From: Eubacteriales bacterium | GTDB taxonomy: Bacteria; Bacillota; Clostridia; Oscillospirales; CAG-272 | Assembly (NCBI GenBank): GCA_045122255.1 | Contig: JBGVHJ010000063.1 | Location: 25,610 to 89,609, forward strand | Reading direction: 5' to 3' | DNA: 64,000 nucleotides | Shown: positions 19,769 to 28,037 of the stretch, in pieces | How positions within the stretch are numbered: position 1 is the stretch's first letter | How the letters are laid out: each line of letters opens with the position of its first letter | The notes under the pieces: generated by a model | Databases searched by the model: none | Told to the model about the DNA's origin: nothing | The model's input: the letters and a program-made list of their open reading frames with translations, nothing else | Translations under genes and position numbers: made by a program

Positions 19769-19880
19769 CTACGGCTTTGCCGTAGATTTCACGCTCTCTT
19801 AGAGAGCATTTCACGTTGCAAAGCAACATTTCACATTTTGCGAAGCAAAATATTTCACCGCAAAAGCCACGGGCTTTTGC
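19769..19880 (-). repeat. Array of 5 perfect hairpins separated by 4 copies of GTGAAAT (minus-strand reading) between ricA and mutS
   Basis: Plus strand: ctacggc-ttt-gccgtag ATTTCAC gctctc-tta-gagagc ATTTCAC gttgc-aaa-gcaac ATTTCAC attttgc-gaa-gcaaaat ATTTCAC (c)gcaaaagcc-acg-ggcttttgc. Confidence 0.9.
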
Positions 19881-20261
19881 TTAGTGGCAGCCGCCGCAGG
19901 TGGAGCAATCGTGCGTGCAAGGCGTCTTACCCGTTGCATTGAACATAATGGTATTGTTCACGGTCTCCATAAGCTCGTTTACCGCGGTCTGCGCTTCTTC
20001 AAGCTCCATAAAAATGGGATCAGTGGTGATCTCGGCATAGATCTCATCGATCCTGTCCTGAATTCTGGTCAGCGCATCGGTATCGATGTCCGCGCTGTCG
20101 CCCATAGCGGTAAGCGCCTGCTGCTGAATGCCGTATTCCATCATAAGGTTATTTATCTTTTCGCTCTTTTCGTAGGCTTCCTTTGCCGCCTCCATGCGGA
20201 TCATTCTTTCGTCGGCCTTGATCGCCTTTCCAAGCTCTGCTGCAAGTGAATAAATGCTCAT
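19881..20261 (-). CDS. ricA: YlbF/YmcA-family protein (RicA-like) with a C-terminal 4-Cys tail
   Basis: 126 aa and helical. Its position between miaB (ymcB) and mutS matches B. subtilis ymcB-ymcA synteny. It ends in PCTHDCSTCGGCH. Confidence 0.7.
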   Translation of the reverse strand: MSIYSLAAELGKAIKADERMIRMEAAKEAYEKSEKINNLMMEYGIQQQALTAMGDSADIDTDALTRIQDRIDEIYAEITTDPIFMELEEAQTAVNELMETVNNTIMFNATGKTPCTHDCSTCGGCH

Positions 20262-20285
20262 TTTATATTTCCTCTTTTTCTTATT

Positions 20286-21719
20286 TTAAATTTTGTCACC
20301 GTAGAGCGCAAAGGTCTCGGCGCGTGTGATTTTAATGTTTATAAATTGTCCAACGTCGCTCTCGTCGCCGTCAAAGAGAACTATTTTATTGCCCTCGGTT
20401 CGACCCGAATAAACGTTTTCGTTGTTTTTGCTCTTGCCGTCGCAAAGCACCTTCAGCGTCTGACCCTCAAGAGGCTTGTTTTTCTCAAGCGCGATCTCGT
20501 TCTGAGTTTCAAGCAGACGGTTCATTCTCTCGCCCTTGATAGCGTCGGGTATCTGGCAATCCATCGCCGCGGCGGGGGTGTCCTTTCTGGGCGAATAGAT
20601 GAAGGAATAGGTCATATCGAATCTCACGGTGCGAAGCATTTCAAGGGTCGCCTCAAAATCAGAATCGGTCTCTCCGGGGAAGCCGACGATGATATCCGAG
20701 GATATTGTTACGTCGGGCACTCTCTCGCGGAGATAAGTGACGGTTGCGAGATATTTTTCTCTGTCGTAGTGGCGGTTCATCGCCTTGAGGATCGTATCAC
20801 TTCCCGACTGCATGGGCAGGTGGAACTGGTGAGCCACGTGCTTTGACTCTGCAATCACGTCGACGAGCTTTCTTGACGCGTCCTTCGGGTGGCTGGTCAT
20901 AAAGCGGATGAAATAGTCGCCCTCGATCTTGTCGATATCGCGGAGCAGGTCGGCAAAATCATAGACCTCACCGTCATCACTCTTGGCATCCTTACCGTAG
21001 CTGTTTACGTTCTGACCCAAAAGGGTTATATCCTTATAACCGCTCTCCACAAGCTCGCGCACCTCGGCGATAATATCCTCGGGGCGGCGGCTTCTCTCAC
21101 GACCTCTGACGTAAGGCACGATGCAGTAGGTGCAGAAGTTGTTGCAGCCGTACATTATCGACACCCATGCGCGGTAGGTGCTCTCGCGGTGGATCGGCAA
21201 CCCCTCGGCAACAAGGTATTCCTTTTCCTCGGGGCAATAAAGCCTTTTTCCCTTTTGAAGCTTGGTAAATATCAGCTCGGGCAAACGGTGGAGCGAGGAC
21301 GTACCAAGCACGAAATCAACGTAGGGGTAGCTATGCTTGATAGTTTCTTTTCGATGCTCCTGGGTCACCATGCAACCGCAAACACCGATAAGCATATCGG
21401 GCTTTGCCGCCTTCAGGTGCTTGTACTGACCAACGATAGAAAGCGCCTTTTGCTCGGCATGCTCTCTGACGGCGCAGGTGTTGACCATGATCAGATCCGC
21501 TTCCTCGGGGGTATAACAAATTTCATAGCCCATGGAGCGGCACATTCCGGCGATCTTCTCGCTGTCGGCTTCATTCTGCTGACAACCGAAGGTCTGAACG
21601 AATGCCTTTAACTGCTCTCCGCGCTCCTCGGCTTTGGCGAGAGATATCTCTCTCACACGGTCACGAAATATATTTTGCGCCTCCATCTCGGCATCGGGTA
21701 AAATTCTGTATTCTCTCAT
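20286..21719 (-). CDS. miaB: tRNA-i6A37 methylthiotransferase MiaB
   Basis: The UPF0004 N-terminus FVQTFGCQQNEADSE, the radical-SAM motif CNNFCTYCIVP and a TRAM C-terminus. Confidence 0.93.
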   Translation of the reverse strand: MREYRILPDAEMEAQNIFRDRVREISLAKAEERGEQLKAFVQTFGCQQNEADSEKIAGMCRSMGYEICYTPEEADLIMVNTCAVREHAEQKALSIVGQYKHLKAAKPDMLIGVCGCMVTQEHRKETIKHSYPYVDFVLGTSSLHRLPELIFTKLQKGKRLYCPEEKEYLVAEGLPIHRESTYRAWVSIMYGCNNFCTYCIVPYVRGRERSRRPEDIIAEVRELVESGYKDITLLGQNVNSYGKDAKSDDGEVYDFADLLRDIDKIEGDYFIRFMTSHPKDASRKLVDVIAESKHVAHQFHLPMQSGSDTILKAMNRHYDREKYLATVTYLRERVPDVTISSDIIVGFPGETDSDFEATLEMLRTVRFDMTYSFIYSPRKDTPAAAMDCQIPDAIKGERMNRLLETQNEIALEKNKPLEGQTLKVLCDGKSKNNENVYSGRTEGNKIVLFDGDESDVGQFINIKITRAETFALYGDKI

Positions 21720-21759
21720 ATATTCTCTCTCAAATAGGCATAATTATAGATAATACATT

Positions 21760-21788
21760 ATTATATAATAAAAATGCGAAAATGTCAA
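21760..21788 (-). promoter_or_regulatory. miaB promoter
   Basis: On the minus strand: TTGACA TTTTCGCATTTTTATTA TATAAT. Confidence 0.6.
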
Positions 21789-21861
21789 GGGTTTACGGGT
21801 GATTTGTTGTTATTTCGTGTAGAAACATGCGAAAACTTTGCAATAACCTGACTGATTACTC

Positions 21862-21890
21862 TTGACAAAATCTTGTAAATGATTTATAAT
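21862..21890 (+). promoter_or_regulatory. Promoter of the 129-aa DUF2019-like gene
   Basis: TTGACA (21862-21867), 17 nt, TATAAT (21885-21890). Confidence 0.6.
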
Positions 21891-21943
21891 TATGGTAAAT
21901 ATTATCTATTAAACATTCGAAATATTAATGGGAGGAATGCGCT

Positions 21944-22333
21944 GTGTTATCAAATGAAGTCAAATACGAAAAACTGTTGCAGAAATTCATAAGCGGCGTA
22001 GAGTGTACCGTCAATGTTGATTATACTGACAAAATATCGGTTAAGAAAAACAACAAAGGTGTAGACCAGTACAGAAAAGCCGCTAAACAGATTAACGAGC
22101 AGTTCCCTGATCAAAAAGATAACTTTGCAAGCCTTTTAAATCATCCTACAAACAAAGTCAAAGTTGCTTGCGCCGTGTGTATGATAGAGCTTATGGATTA
22201 CACTGAAAACTGGCGCAATCAAGCATTGGAGGTAATTAAAGCCGATTATCCTTCAAGACCACGATTTGAAAAAGCTATGATTAACATTTGGCTACAGAAT
22301 CATGGATTTGATGAAATAGAGAAAATATTTTGA
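21944..22333 (+). CDS. Small helical protein, DUF2019-like (HEAT-like) by recollection
   Basis: GTG start 6-7 nt after GGGAGG, with its own TTGACA-17-TATAAT promoter. LLNHPTNKVKVACAVCMIELMDY resembles the HEAT-like core of DUF2019. Confidence 0.45.
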   Translation: MLSNEVKYEKLLQKFISGVECTVNVDYTDKISVKKNNKGVDQYRKAAKQINEQFPDQKDNFASLLNHPTNKVKVACAVCMIELMDYTENWRNQALEVIKADYPSRPRFEKAMINIWLQNHGFDEIEKIF

Positions 22334-22353
22334 TTTTGCAGTTCACAAAAATT

Positions 22354-22388
22354 AAAAGCCCGATAGATTTTGCGTCTATCGGGTTTTT
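22354..22388. terminator. Bidirectional terminator between convergent small genes
   Basis: AAAAGCCCGATAGA-TTTTGCG-TCTATCGGGTTTTT. Confidence 0.8.
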
Positions 22389-22389
22389 A

Positions 22390-22791
22390 TTATTTCATTG
22401 TTTCAGCTAATTTTATTCCTGAAATTCCGTCAAAGGTCATAACGATCAATAGAGATTCAGCATTTTGGCAATTAAGCTCACAAAGCATTTTCCTAAGCCT
22501 ATATGAAGGAATATCTATGGTATTACCCTGCCACATACACAAAACGTACTTGATTTCCGTATCATCGGCGGCTTTCAAGCTTTCAATCAAAGCCATTTCA
22601 TCCGAAATATCTTTGGCTATCGTATCCTTGATCACCCTGCCGTATTCGTTTCCCTTCGCGGATAACAACACGACAGCCTGAGTATTCTGACCTTTTTCGG
22701 CGTCGTTTAACAATTCCGTAGCGGTTTTCTTCATTTTTTCAAACAGACATAGATCTACCGCTATTGGACTTTTAAGCTCAAAAAGTGACAC
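22390..22791 (-). CDS. Hypothetical protein
   Basis: The track ORF begins at TTG 22824. GTG 22791 follows AAAGGAGAG and is preferred. AVVLLSAKGNEYG is weakly reminiscent of a cytidine-deaminase-like fold, but there are no zinc ligands. Confidence 0.4.
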   Translation of the reverse strand: MSLFELKSPIAVDLCLFEKMKKTATELLNDAEKGQNTQAVVLLSAKGNEYGRVIKDTIAKDISDEMALIESLKAADDTEIKYVLCMWQGNTIDIPSYRLRKMLCELNCQNAESLLIVMTFDGISGIKLAETMK

Positions 22792-22883
22792 AGTAACTCT
22801 CCTTTTATTTTTCTCTTCTCGCAATACTTGCGAATGTCCGAGAAATCACTCGGGGCAATTCATAATTATTAGTAAGTGTGTAT

Positions 22884-23339
22884 TTACTTTAGCAAAAAAC
22901 CCAAAACAAGGAAAATTATTGCTATAAAAGCAAAAATAATACCGTATGCCAAATATATTTCCTTTCCCAAGCCTAGTCCTTGTGATTCACGCACATAGAA
23001 AATTCTTGGAAAAGCCTTAATATATGTAACGCTGACATGCAGGGGCGATTGTCTCTGTGTTTTTTCATAAAACTTCATTTTGAAGTAATAACTTTTCTTT
23101 GGTGTTTGATATACGTAGTGGCATTTGGTCATATCAACCTTTTTGTGATATCCACCGTATATTCCTCCATATTGCTTAATTACTACGTCTTTATATCTTT
23201 TCGATCGGGTTTGATTTGCCGTTACTCTTACAGTCAACTTTGGAAACGCAACAAAAACTACAAAAATCCCAATTAAGATAAGACTCGGTATCAGGAAAAC
23301 GCCTCCGATACTTATAATAACAATTTGATTTGCATCCAT
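22884..23339 (-). CDS. Two-TM membrane protein (DUF3592-like topology)
   Basis: N- and C-terminal TM helices flank a beta-rich soluble segment of about 90 aa. Confidence 0.45.
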   Translation of the reverse strand: MDANQIVIISIGGVFLIPSLILIGIFVVFVAFPKLTVRVTANQTRSKRYKDVVIKQYGGIYGGYHKKVDMTKCHYVYQTPKKSYYFKMKFYEKTQRQSPLHVSVTYIKAFPRIFYVRESQGLGLGKEIYLAYGIIFAFIAIIFLVLGFLLK

Positions 23340-23342
23340 TGA

Positions 23343-24200
23343 TCATTTCTCCCCTCTGGCGATACTTGCCGCGGTGAGGGTGTTTTTAAGAAGCATAGTT
23401 ATTGTCATAGGACCGACACCACCGGGAACGGGGGTGATATAGGATGCCTTGGGCTCGACCTCGGCAAAGCATACGTCGCCGCAGAGCTTTCCGTCGGGCT
23501 TGCGATTGATACCAACGTCAACCACAACGGCACCCTCCTTGACCATATCTCCCGTGACAAATTCGGGCTTACCGATAGATGCCACCAGAATATCAGCCTC
23601 ACGGCAGATCTCTTTAAGATTCTGAGTTCTGCTATGGCAGACAGTCACGGTGCCGTTTGCGTGAAGCAGCAGCATCGCCATAGGCTTACCAACAATATTG
23701 GAGCGACCTATAACCACGCACTTTTTGCCGCTCACGTCGATTCCGCTCTTTTCGAGCAATACCATAACACCCGCAGGGGTGCAAGGCAGCAGATCATGGT
23801 TGCCTATCATAATCTTACCAACGTTATAGGGGTGGAATGCGTCAACGTCCTTTTCGGGGCGAATTTTCAGAAGCACCTCAGTCTCGTTGAGATGCTTGGG
23901 AAGAGGCAGCTGAACAAGAATTCCGTGGATCTTTTCGTCGTTGTTGAGTCTTTCAACAAGGGCGATAAGCTCCTCCTGTGTTGTGCTTTCGGGCAGCTCG
24001 TAGCTCTCGGAATAAAATCCGACCTCCTCGCATCCCTTTTTCTTATTTCTTACGTAAACCTGCGAAGCAGGGTCATTTCCGACGATTATAACCGCCAATC
24101 CGGGAGCAGAATCGTATTTTTTCTTGAATTCAGCTACCTCCCCGGCGATCTCTTCTCTTACCTGCTTTGAGATAACCTTTCCGTCAATTATCCTTGCCAT
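23343..24200 (-). CDS. folD: Methylenetetrahydrofolate dehydrogenase / methenyl-THF cyclohydrolase
   Basis: MARIIDGKVISKQVREEI... is a typical FolD N-terminus (ATG at 24200). The 40 Arg-rich codons upstream in the track ORF are an out-of-frame readthrough of the lgt tail. Confidence 0.92.
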   Translation of the reverse strand: MARIIDGKVISKQVREEIAGEVAEFKKKYDSAPGLAVIIVGNDPASQVYVRNKKKGCEEVGFYSESYELPESTTQEELIALVERLNNDEKIHGILVQLPLPKHLNETEVLLKIRPEKDVDAFHPYNVGKIMIGNHDLLPCTPAGVMVLLEKSGIDVSGKKCVVIGRSNIVGKPMAMLLLHANGTVTVCHSRTQNLKEICREADILVASIGKPEFVTGDMVKEGAVVVDVGINRKPDGKLCGDVCFAEVEPKASYITPVPGGVGPMTITMLLKNTLTAASIARGEK

Positions 24201-25293
24201 CTTCGCTCTCCTCGTCCAAATTCTCGGTCTTCTCCTCTGCCGCAACGCTTTCCTTCTCATTCGCGTTCTTGTCTGCGTTCTTATCTGCCTTCTTTTCGAA
24301 GAAAACGGGGTGCATATCAAGGCTGGGCTTGACGTAGAGATCCATACCGTTCAGCATTGCGCCGCCGGCGTAAAGCTTCTTCTTGGAATAGATAAATCCT
24401 GCGATGAGCGCCGCGCCAAATATAACGAAGCAAAGGATTCCCACAAGCTGGGAAACTCTTATAGCGGTGCCGGGAATGTAGAGGCTATCGGTTCTCAGTG
24501 ACTCGATGAAGAATCTGCCAAATCCGTACCAAGCGAGATACATGCAGGCTACCTGACCGTTGAATTTTTTCTTTTTGTAGAAGATATTTATCAGAATAAA
24601 TCCGGTCAGATTCCAGAGGGATTCATAAAGGAAGGTGGGGTGAACGTCGACCATTTCAGCAACAGGAAAATGACCGAGGGCTTCTTTAAGAACCTTATCG
24701 GTCTGGGTGTTGGTAGAGCAAAGGCTCATACGGAAAAGAGAAAGAGGATGTCCGCTTTCAACAAGTCCGCCGTAGGCTTCGCCGTTCATAAAGTTGCCCC
24801 AACGGCCCATAGATTGCGCTATCATAACCGCGGGTGCCGCCATATCGAGAAGCTTCAGGGTGTTGACCTTTTTGATTATCGTAACCACCACTATCGTGCC
24901 CGCTCCGGCAATAATACCGCCGTATATGCCAAGTCCGCCGCTTCTGAGATCAACGATCTTCTTAACCGTTTCAATAAAATTATCCGTAAAGAAATCTCCC
25001 GGCTTTGAGAAAACGAAATAAAGTCTTGCGCCAACGATGCCGATAACCACCGTCCATATTGCTATGTCGATAAGATCGTCAAATTTAACGCCCTCGTATT
25101 TGCCTCTGAAGGTTACGTATAAAAATGCAATGATGATACCGCAGGTAATGATAAGACCGTACCAGTATACCGGAAAGCTTGCGATCTTTATACCGAATAC
25201 GCCTAAAATGTCGGCAACGTCAAAGGCTACGTTACCAAGCTCAAATTCTCCTATTCCCAATCCGGGAAAAGCTACTTTTGAAATGTGTTCCAT
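24184..25293 (-). CDS. lgt: Prolipoprotein diacylglyceryl transferase with a charged C-terminal tail
   Basis: YWYGLIITCGIIIAF and GRWGNFMNGEAYG. There is an extra K/E/D/N-rich tail of about 45 aa. The 3' end overlaps the folD start by 17 nt. Confidence 0.9.
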   Translation of the reverse strand: MEHISKVAFPGLGIGEFELGNVAFDVADILGVFGIKIASFPVYWYGLIITCGIIIAFLYVTFRGKYEGVKFDDLIDIAIWTVVIGIVGARLYFVFSKPGDFFTDNFIETVKKIVDLRSGGLGIYGGIIAGAGTIVVVTIIKKVNTLKLLDMAAPAVMIAQSMGRWGNFMNGEAYGGLVESGHPLSLFRMSLCSTNTQTDKVLKEALGHFPVAEMVDVHPTFLYESLWNLTGFILINIFYKKKKFNGQVACMYLAWYGFGRFFIESLRTDSLYIPGTAIRVSQLVGILCFVIFGAALIAGFIYSKKKLYAGGAMLNGMDLYVKPSLDMHPVFFEKKADKNADKNANEKESVAAEEKTENLDEESEDGKDN

Positions 25294-25311
25294 AATTATC
25301 TCCCAAAATTA

Positions 25312-26592
25312 TTATTCGGGCTTGACGGTTGAAAGCACGAAATATTCGTCCTTGAAAGCCGTGTCAAGCAATTCATTAACGTACTCAAAGGTGATACTGT
25401 CAATAATGTCGGGGTATTCGAAAACGTCGATATTATCGTAAGCGTATCCCGTCAGCGCAAAGGCAATATCCTCGGTGGAATCAAAATCGGATATGTATGA
25501 CGCGTAAACGCATTTCTTCTCGCGCTCAAAATCCGACCTCTCAATTCCGTTTTCACGGCACTTGGCGATATGCGCCTTTATCTTTTCAAGAAGCGCCTCG
25601 GGATCGTCGCTCTCGCCCGAGATCATAACGTAAGCAGAGGCGGCACTTGCCGAATATCCGCTGTCAAAGCCCGGTGAAAGCATTCCCGACTCAAGCATTT
25701 CGAGGTAGAATTCTCCCGCCTCGGAAAGCATTACGTGCAGAAGCATATTCATTCCCGCGGTTTTTCTGTATCTCTCAAATGCCGATTCGGGGATAGCGCA
25801 ATCCTTAACACCGATGCAGAAAAGAGGCTTACCTACGGGCATCTTTCTTTCTACGTAGCTTTTTTTCACCTGCGCGGGCTCGTTGAAGCCAACAAAGCGA
25901 GACTTGAATTCTCTCTTTTCCTTGCCGATCTCGCGGTCAACCGCTTCAAGCACCTTTTCGGGGGTTACGTTACCGCTGATGGCAAGCACCATATTGCCGG
26001 GGGTGTAGAAATCCTTACAACAACGGTAAAGCACCTCGGGAGTGATCCTTGAGATCGATTCCTCACTACCGCAGATCTCATTCTTGACGGGATTTTCAAA
26101 ATACATCGCGTCAAGCATATTCATATAGCAGCGGTCGTACGGATCGTCGATGCATCCGCGGATTTCCTCCGCGATAATGCCGATCTCCTTTTTCACCGTT
26201 TGCTTTGTGAAATAGGGGTGAGTTACGAAATACAGAAGGTGAGACAGTGCCTCGTCCACATTATCGGTTGCCGAAAAAAGATACGCGGTGCGCTCGTTGG
26301 AGGTGTAGGCATTGTCGTATGCGCCGAGAGACGAAAATACGTCGTCCGCATTACTTCCGTCCTCGTTCTCAAAAAGCTTGTGTTCAAGGAAATGTGCGCA
26401 GCCTTGGGGCAATACGACTTTTTCGCCGTCAAGGCTATATTCAATGGCATTGCCGCCGAAATTGACCGAGAAAACTCCGTACGTCGTAGAAAGATTTTTC
26501 GGGAAAACGTATACGGTCAATCCGCTGTCGTGGTCTATTTTAAAATAATGCTCGCCAAGAAGAGCCGAATCGAATCGCTTTATCTCACTCAT
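25312..26592 (-). CDS. M16-family zinc peptidase (catalytic subunit)
   Basis: The inverted zinc motif HxxEH occurs in CAHFLEHKLF. ATG 26592 follows GAGGAGGAAG. The start overlaps the upstream stop (ATGAGTGA). Confidence 0.85.
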   Translation of the reverse strand: MSEIKRFDSALLGEHYFKIDHDSGLTVYVFPKNLSTTYGVFSVNFGGNAIEYSLDGEKVVLPQGCAHFLEHKLFENEDGSNADDVFSSLGAYDNAYTSNERTAYLFSATDNVDEALSHLLYFVTHPYFTKQTVKKEIGIIAEEIRGCIDDPYDRCYMNMLDAMYFENPVKNEICGSEESISRITPEVLYRCCKDFYTPGNMVLAISGNVTPEKVLEAVDREIGKEKREFKSRFVGFNEPAQVKKSYVERKMPVGKPLFCIGVKDCAIPESAFERYRKTAGMNMLLHVMLSEAGEFYLEMLESGMLSPGFDSGYSASAASAYVMISGESDDPEALLEKIKAHIAKCRENGIERSDFEREKKCVYASYISDFDSTEDIAFALTGYAYDNIDVFEYPDIIDSITFEYVNELLDTAFKDEYFVLSTVKPE

Positions 26593-27898
26593 CGTATTCT
26601 TCCTCCTCTTCTCCGTTTCCGCAAAGGAAATACACAGTGTCAAATCTTACCTTCCTTGCTGCGGCAATTATCTCTTCCCTTGTGACGCTTCTGATCTTTT
26701 CGGACACCTCATCGGGAGTCTCGCTGACACCTGCAAGATATCTTCTGAAATTGAAGGCTTCTATCGCCGAGGGACTGTCTGAGATCTGCAAAATTCCCGA
26801 GATGACCGTCTTTTTCGCGGTGTTCATCTCATCGTCGGAAAATCTTCCCTCCTGCATCTCGATAAGCTGTTTTTCTATTTCAGCATAAGTCTTTTCGCGA
26901 TTTTCTCGCTTTATTCCGCAGGCTATCATCAAGGTACCGGTAGCCGAGCCGTAGGAGGAATAGCAATAGTAACAAAGGCTCTGCTTTTCTCTTACGTTCA
27001 TAAAGAGCTTTGCCACCGACGAGCCGCCGAATATCTCGTTAAAAAGGCTCATCGCGTAGTATTCGCGGTCACTCATGATAACTCCGCAGGTAAGTCCGAT
27101 ATTGAGTCGGCACTGGGAGACGTTCATACTCTCCTCATAGGTGCGGATCTCACGATCATTATCTCTTTCGAATGCCTTTTCACTTCCGAAAAGCTTAACG
27201 TCACCGCGACCGATCTCAGCAAAGCGCGAGCTGACAAGCTCCACCGTCTCGCTTATGTCGTCGTTGCCTATATAGTAGCATTCGACTATGGAATTTTTAA
27301 GGAAATAATCGAGATTTTCACTGACCTCGGCAAGGGTTATCTTTTCGATCTTTTCGACGGTTCCCTCTATGGATATTCCCGCCTTTTCGCCTTTAAACAT
27401 AAGGGCTTTGCACTTTTCGGCGGCATAAGCCTTCTGATCGTTTATCTTGGCTCTCACGGCATCGATGGCGATCTTCTTTTCACTTTCGAAATTGCTTTTC
27501 GAAAGATATCCGTCACCGTCCTTGAGCGGGGCAAAAAGTATCTCGAGGATGACCTCACAAACGCTCTTTACGATGCTTTCGGTGTCGCCCGAAAATCTGT
27601 ATCTGTCGCCGAGTATCTCGCAGGAGATCCTGAAAACGTGACGCTCGCCCACGGTGGTGGCGCGCCAGGTGACGGTAGCTCCGTAGAGCTCGTCCAACCG
27701 CTTATTGATCGCTACGACGGAGGGATATTTTTCACATCCTCGCATCATAGTCGCAAGCATCAGCTTGGTTCTCGGCGATCTTTCTGCATCGGCAGGCAGT
27801 ATGAAATTAAAGGACAGACGCGACATTTTAAAGCGGTCTGTTGCCGACGTATGGAACCTGATGGCGGCATCGGCTCTTTCAATGGTTTTTTCTATCAT
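26585..27898 (-). CDS. M16-family peptidase homolog lacking HxxEH (non-catalytic partner)
   Basis: 437 aa with M16 family features but no HxxEH. It is translationally coupled to the catalytic paralog. Confidence 0.75.
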   Translation of the reverse strand: MIEKTIERADAAIRFHTSATDRFKMSRLSFNFILPADAERSPRTKLMLATMMRGCEKYPSVVAINKRLDELYGATVTWRATTVGERHVFRISCEILGDRYRFSGDTESIVKSVCEVILEILFAPLKDGDGYLSKSNFESEKKIAIDAVRAKINDQKAYAAEKCKALMFKGEKAGISIEGTVEKIEKITLAEVSENLDYFLKNSIVECYYIGNDDISETVELVSSRFAEIGRGDVKLFGSEKAFERDNDREIRTYEESMNVSQCRLNIGLTCGVIMSDREYYAMSLFNEIFGGSSVAKLFMNVREKQSLCYYCYSSYGSATGTLMIACGIKRENREKTYAEIEKQLIEMQEGRFSDDEMNTAKKTVISGILQISDSPSAIEAFNFRRYLAGVSETPDEVSEKIRSVTREEIIAAARKVRFDTVYFLCGNGEEEEEYDE

Positions 27899-27996
27899 TA
27901 TTGACCTTTAATTGCCAAATGCGGCAAATAAAATCCTTTCAAAGCATATCTATAATTATTTTACACTATTTATATTAATTTTTCAAGTGGTATTTA

Positions 27997-28030
27997 TAAA
28001 AAAAGCGGAGGAGAAATAAAATTCTCCTCC
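27997..28030 (-). terminator. mrp terminator
   Basis: On the minus strand: GGAGGAGAA-TTTTAT-TTCTCCTCC followed by GCTTTTTTT. Confidence 0.75.
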
Positions 28031-28037
28031 AAAAAGC

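Noticed and set aside
24201-24320. An Arg-rich 40-codon N-terminal extension of the folD ORF
   Set aside because: It is an out-of-frame reading of the lgt C-terminal tail. The canonical FolD N-terminus (MARIIDGK) starts at 24200.
25312-27898. The M16 peptidase pair as a RiPP or quorum-peptide processing module
   Set aside because: An active-plus-inactive M16 pair in this lgt/folD neighbourhood is a common conserved Firmicute arrangement (ymfF/ymfH-like). No substrate gene is evident.
27986-27994. A lone AGTGGTATT 12 nt upstream of the mrp terminator hairpin
   Set aside because: A single 9-mer match in 128 kb of two-strand sequence is within chance expectation. There is no adjacent array.
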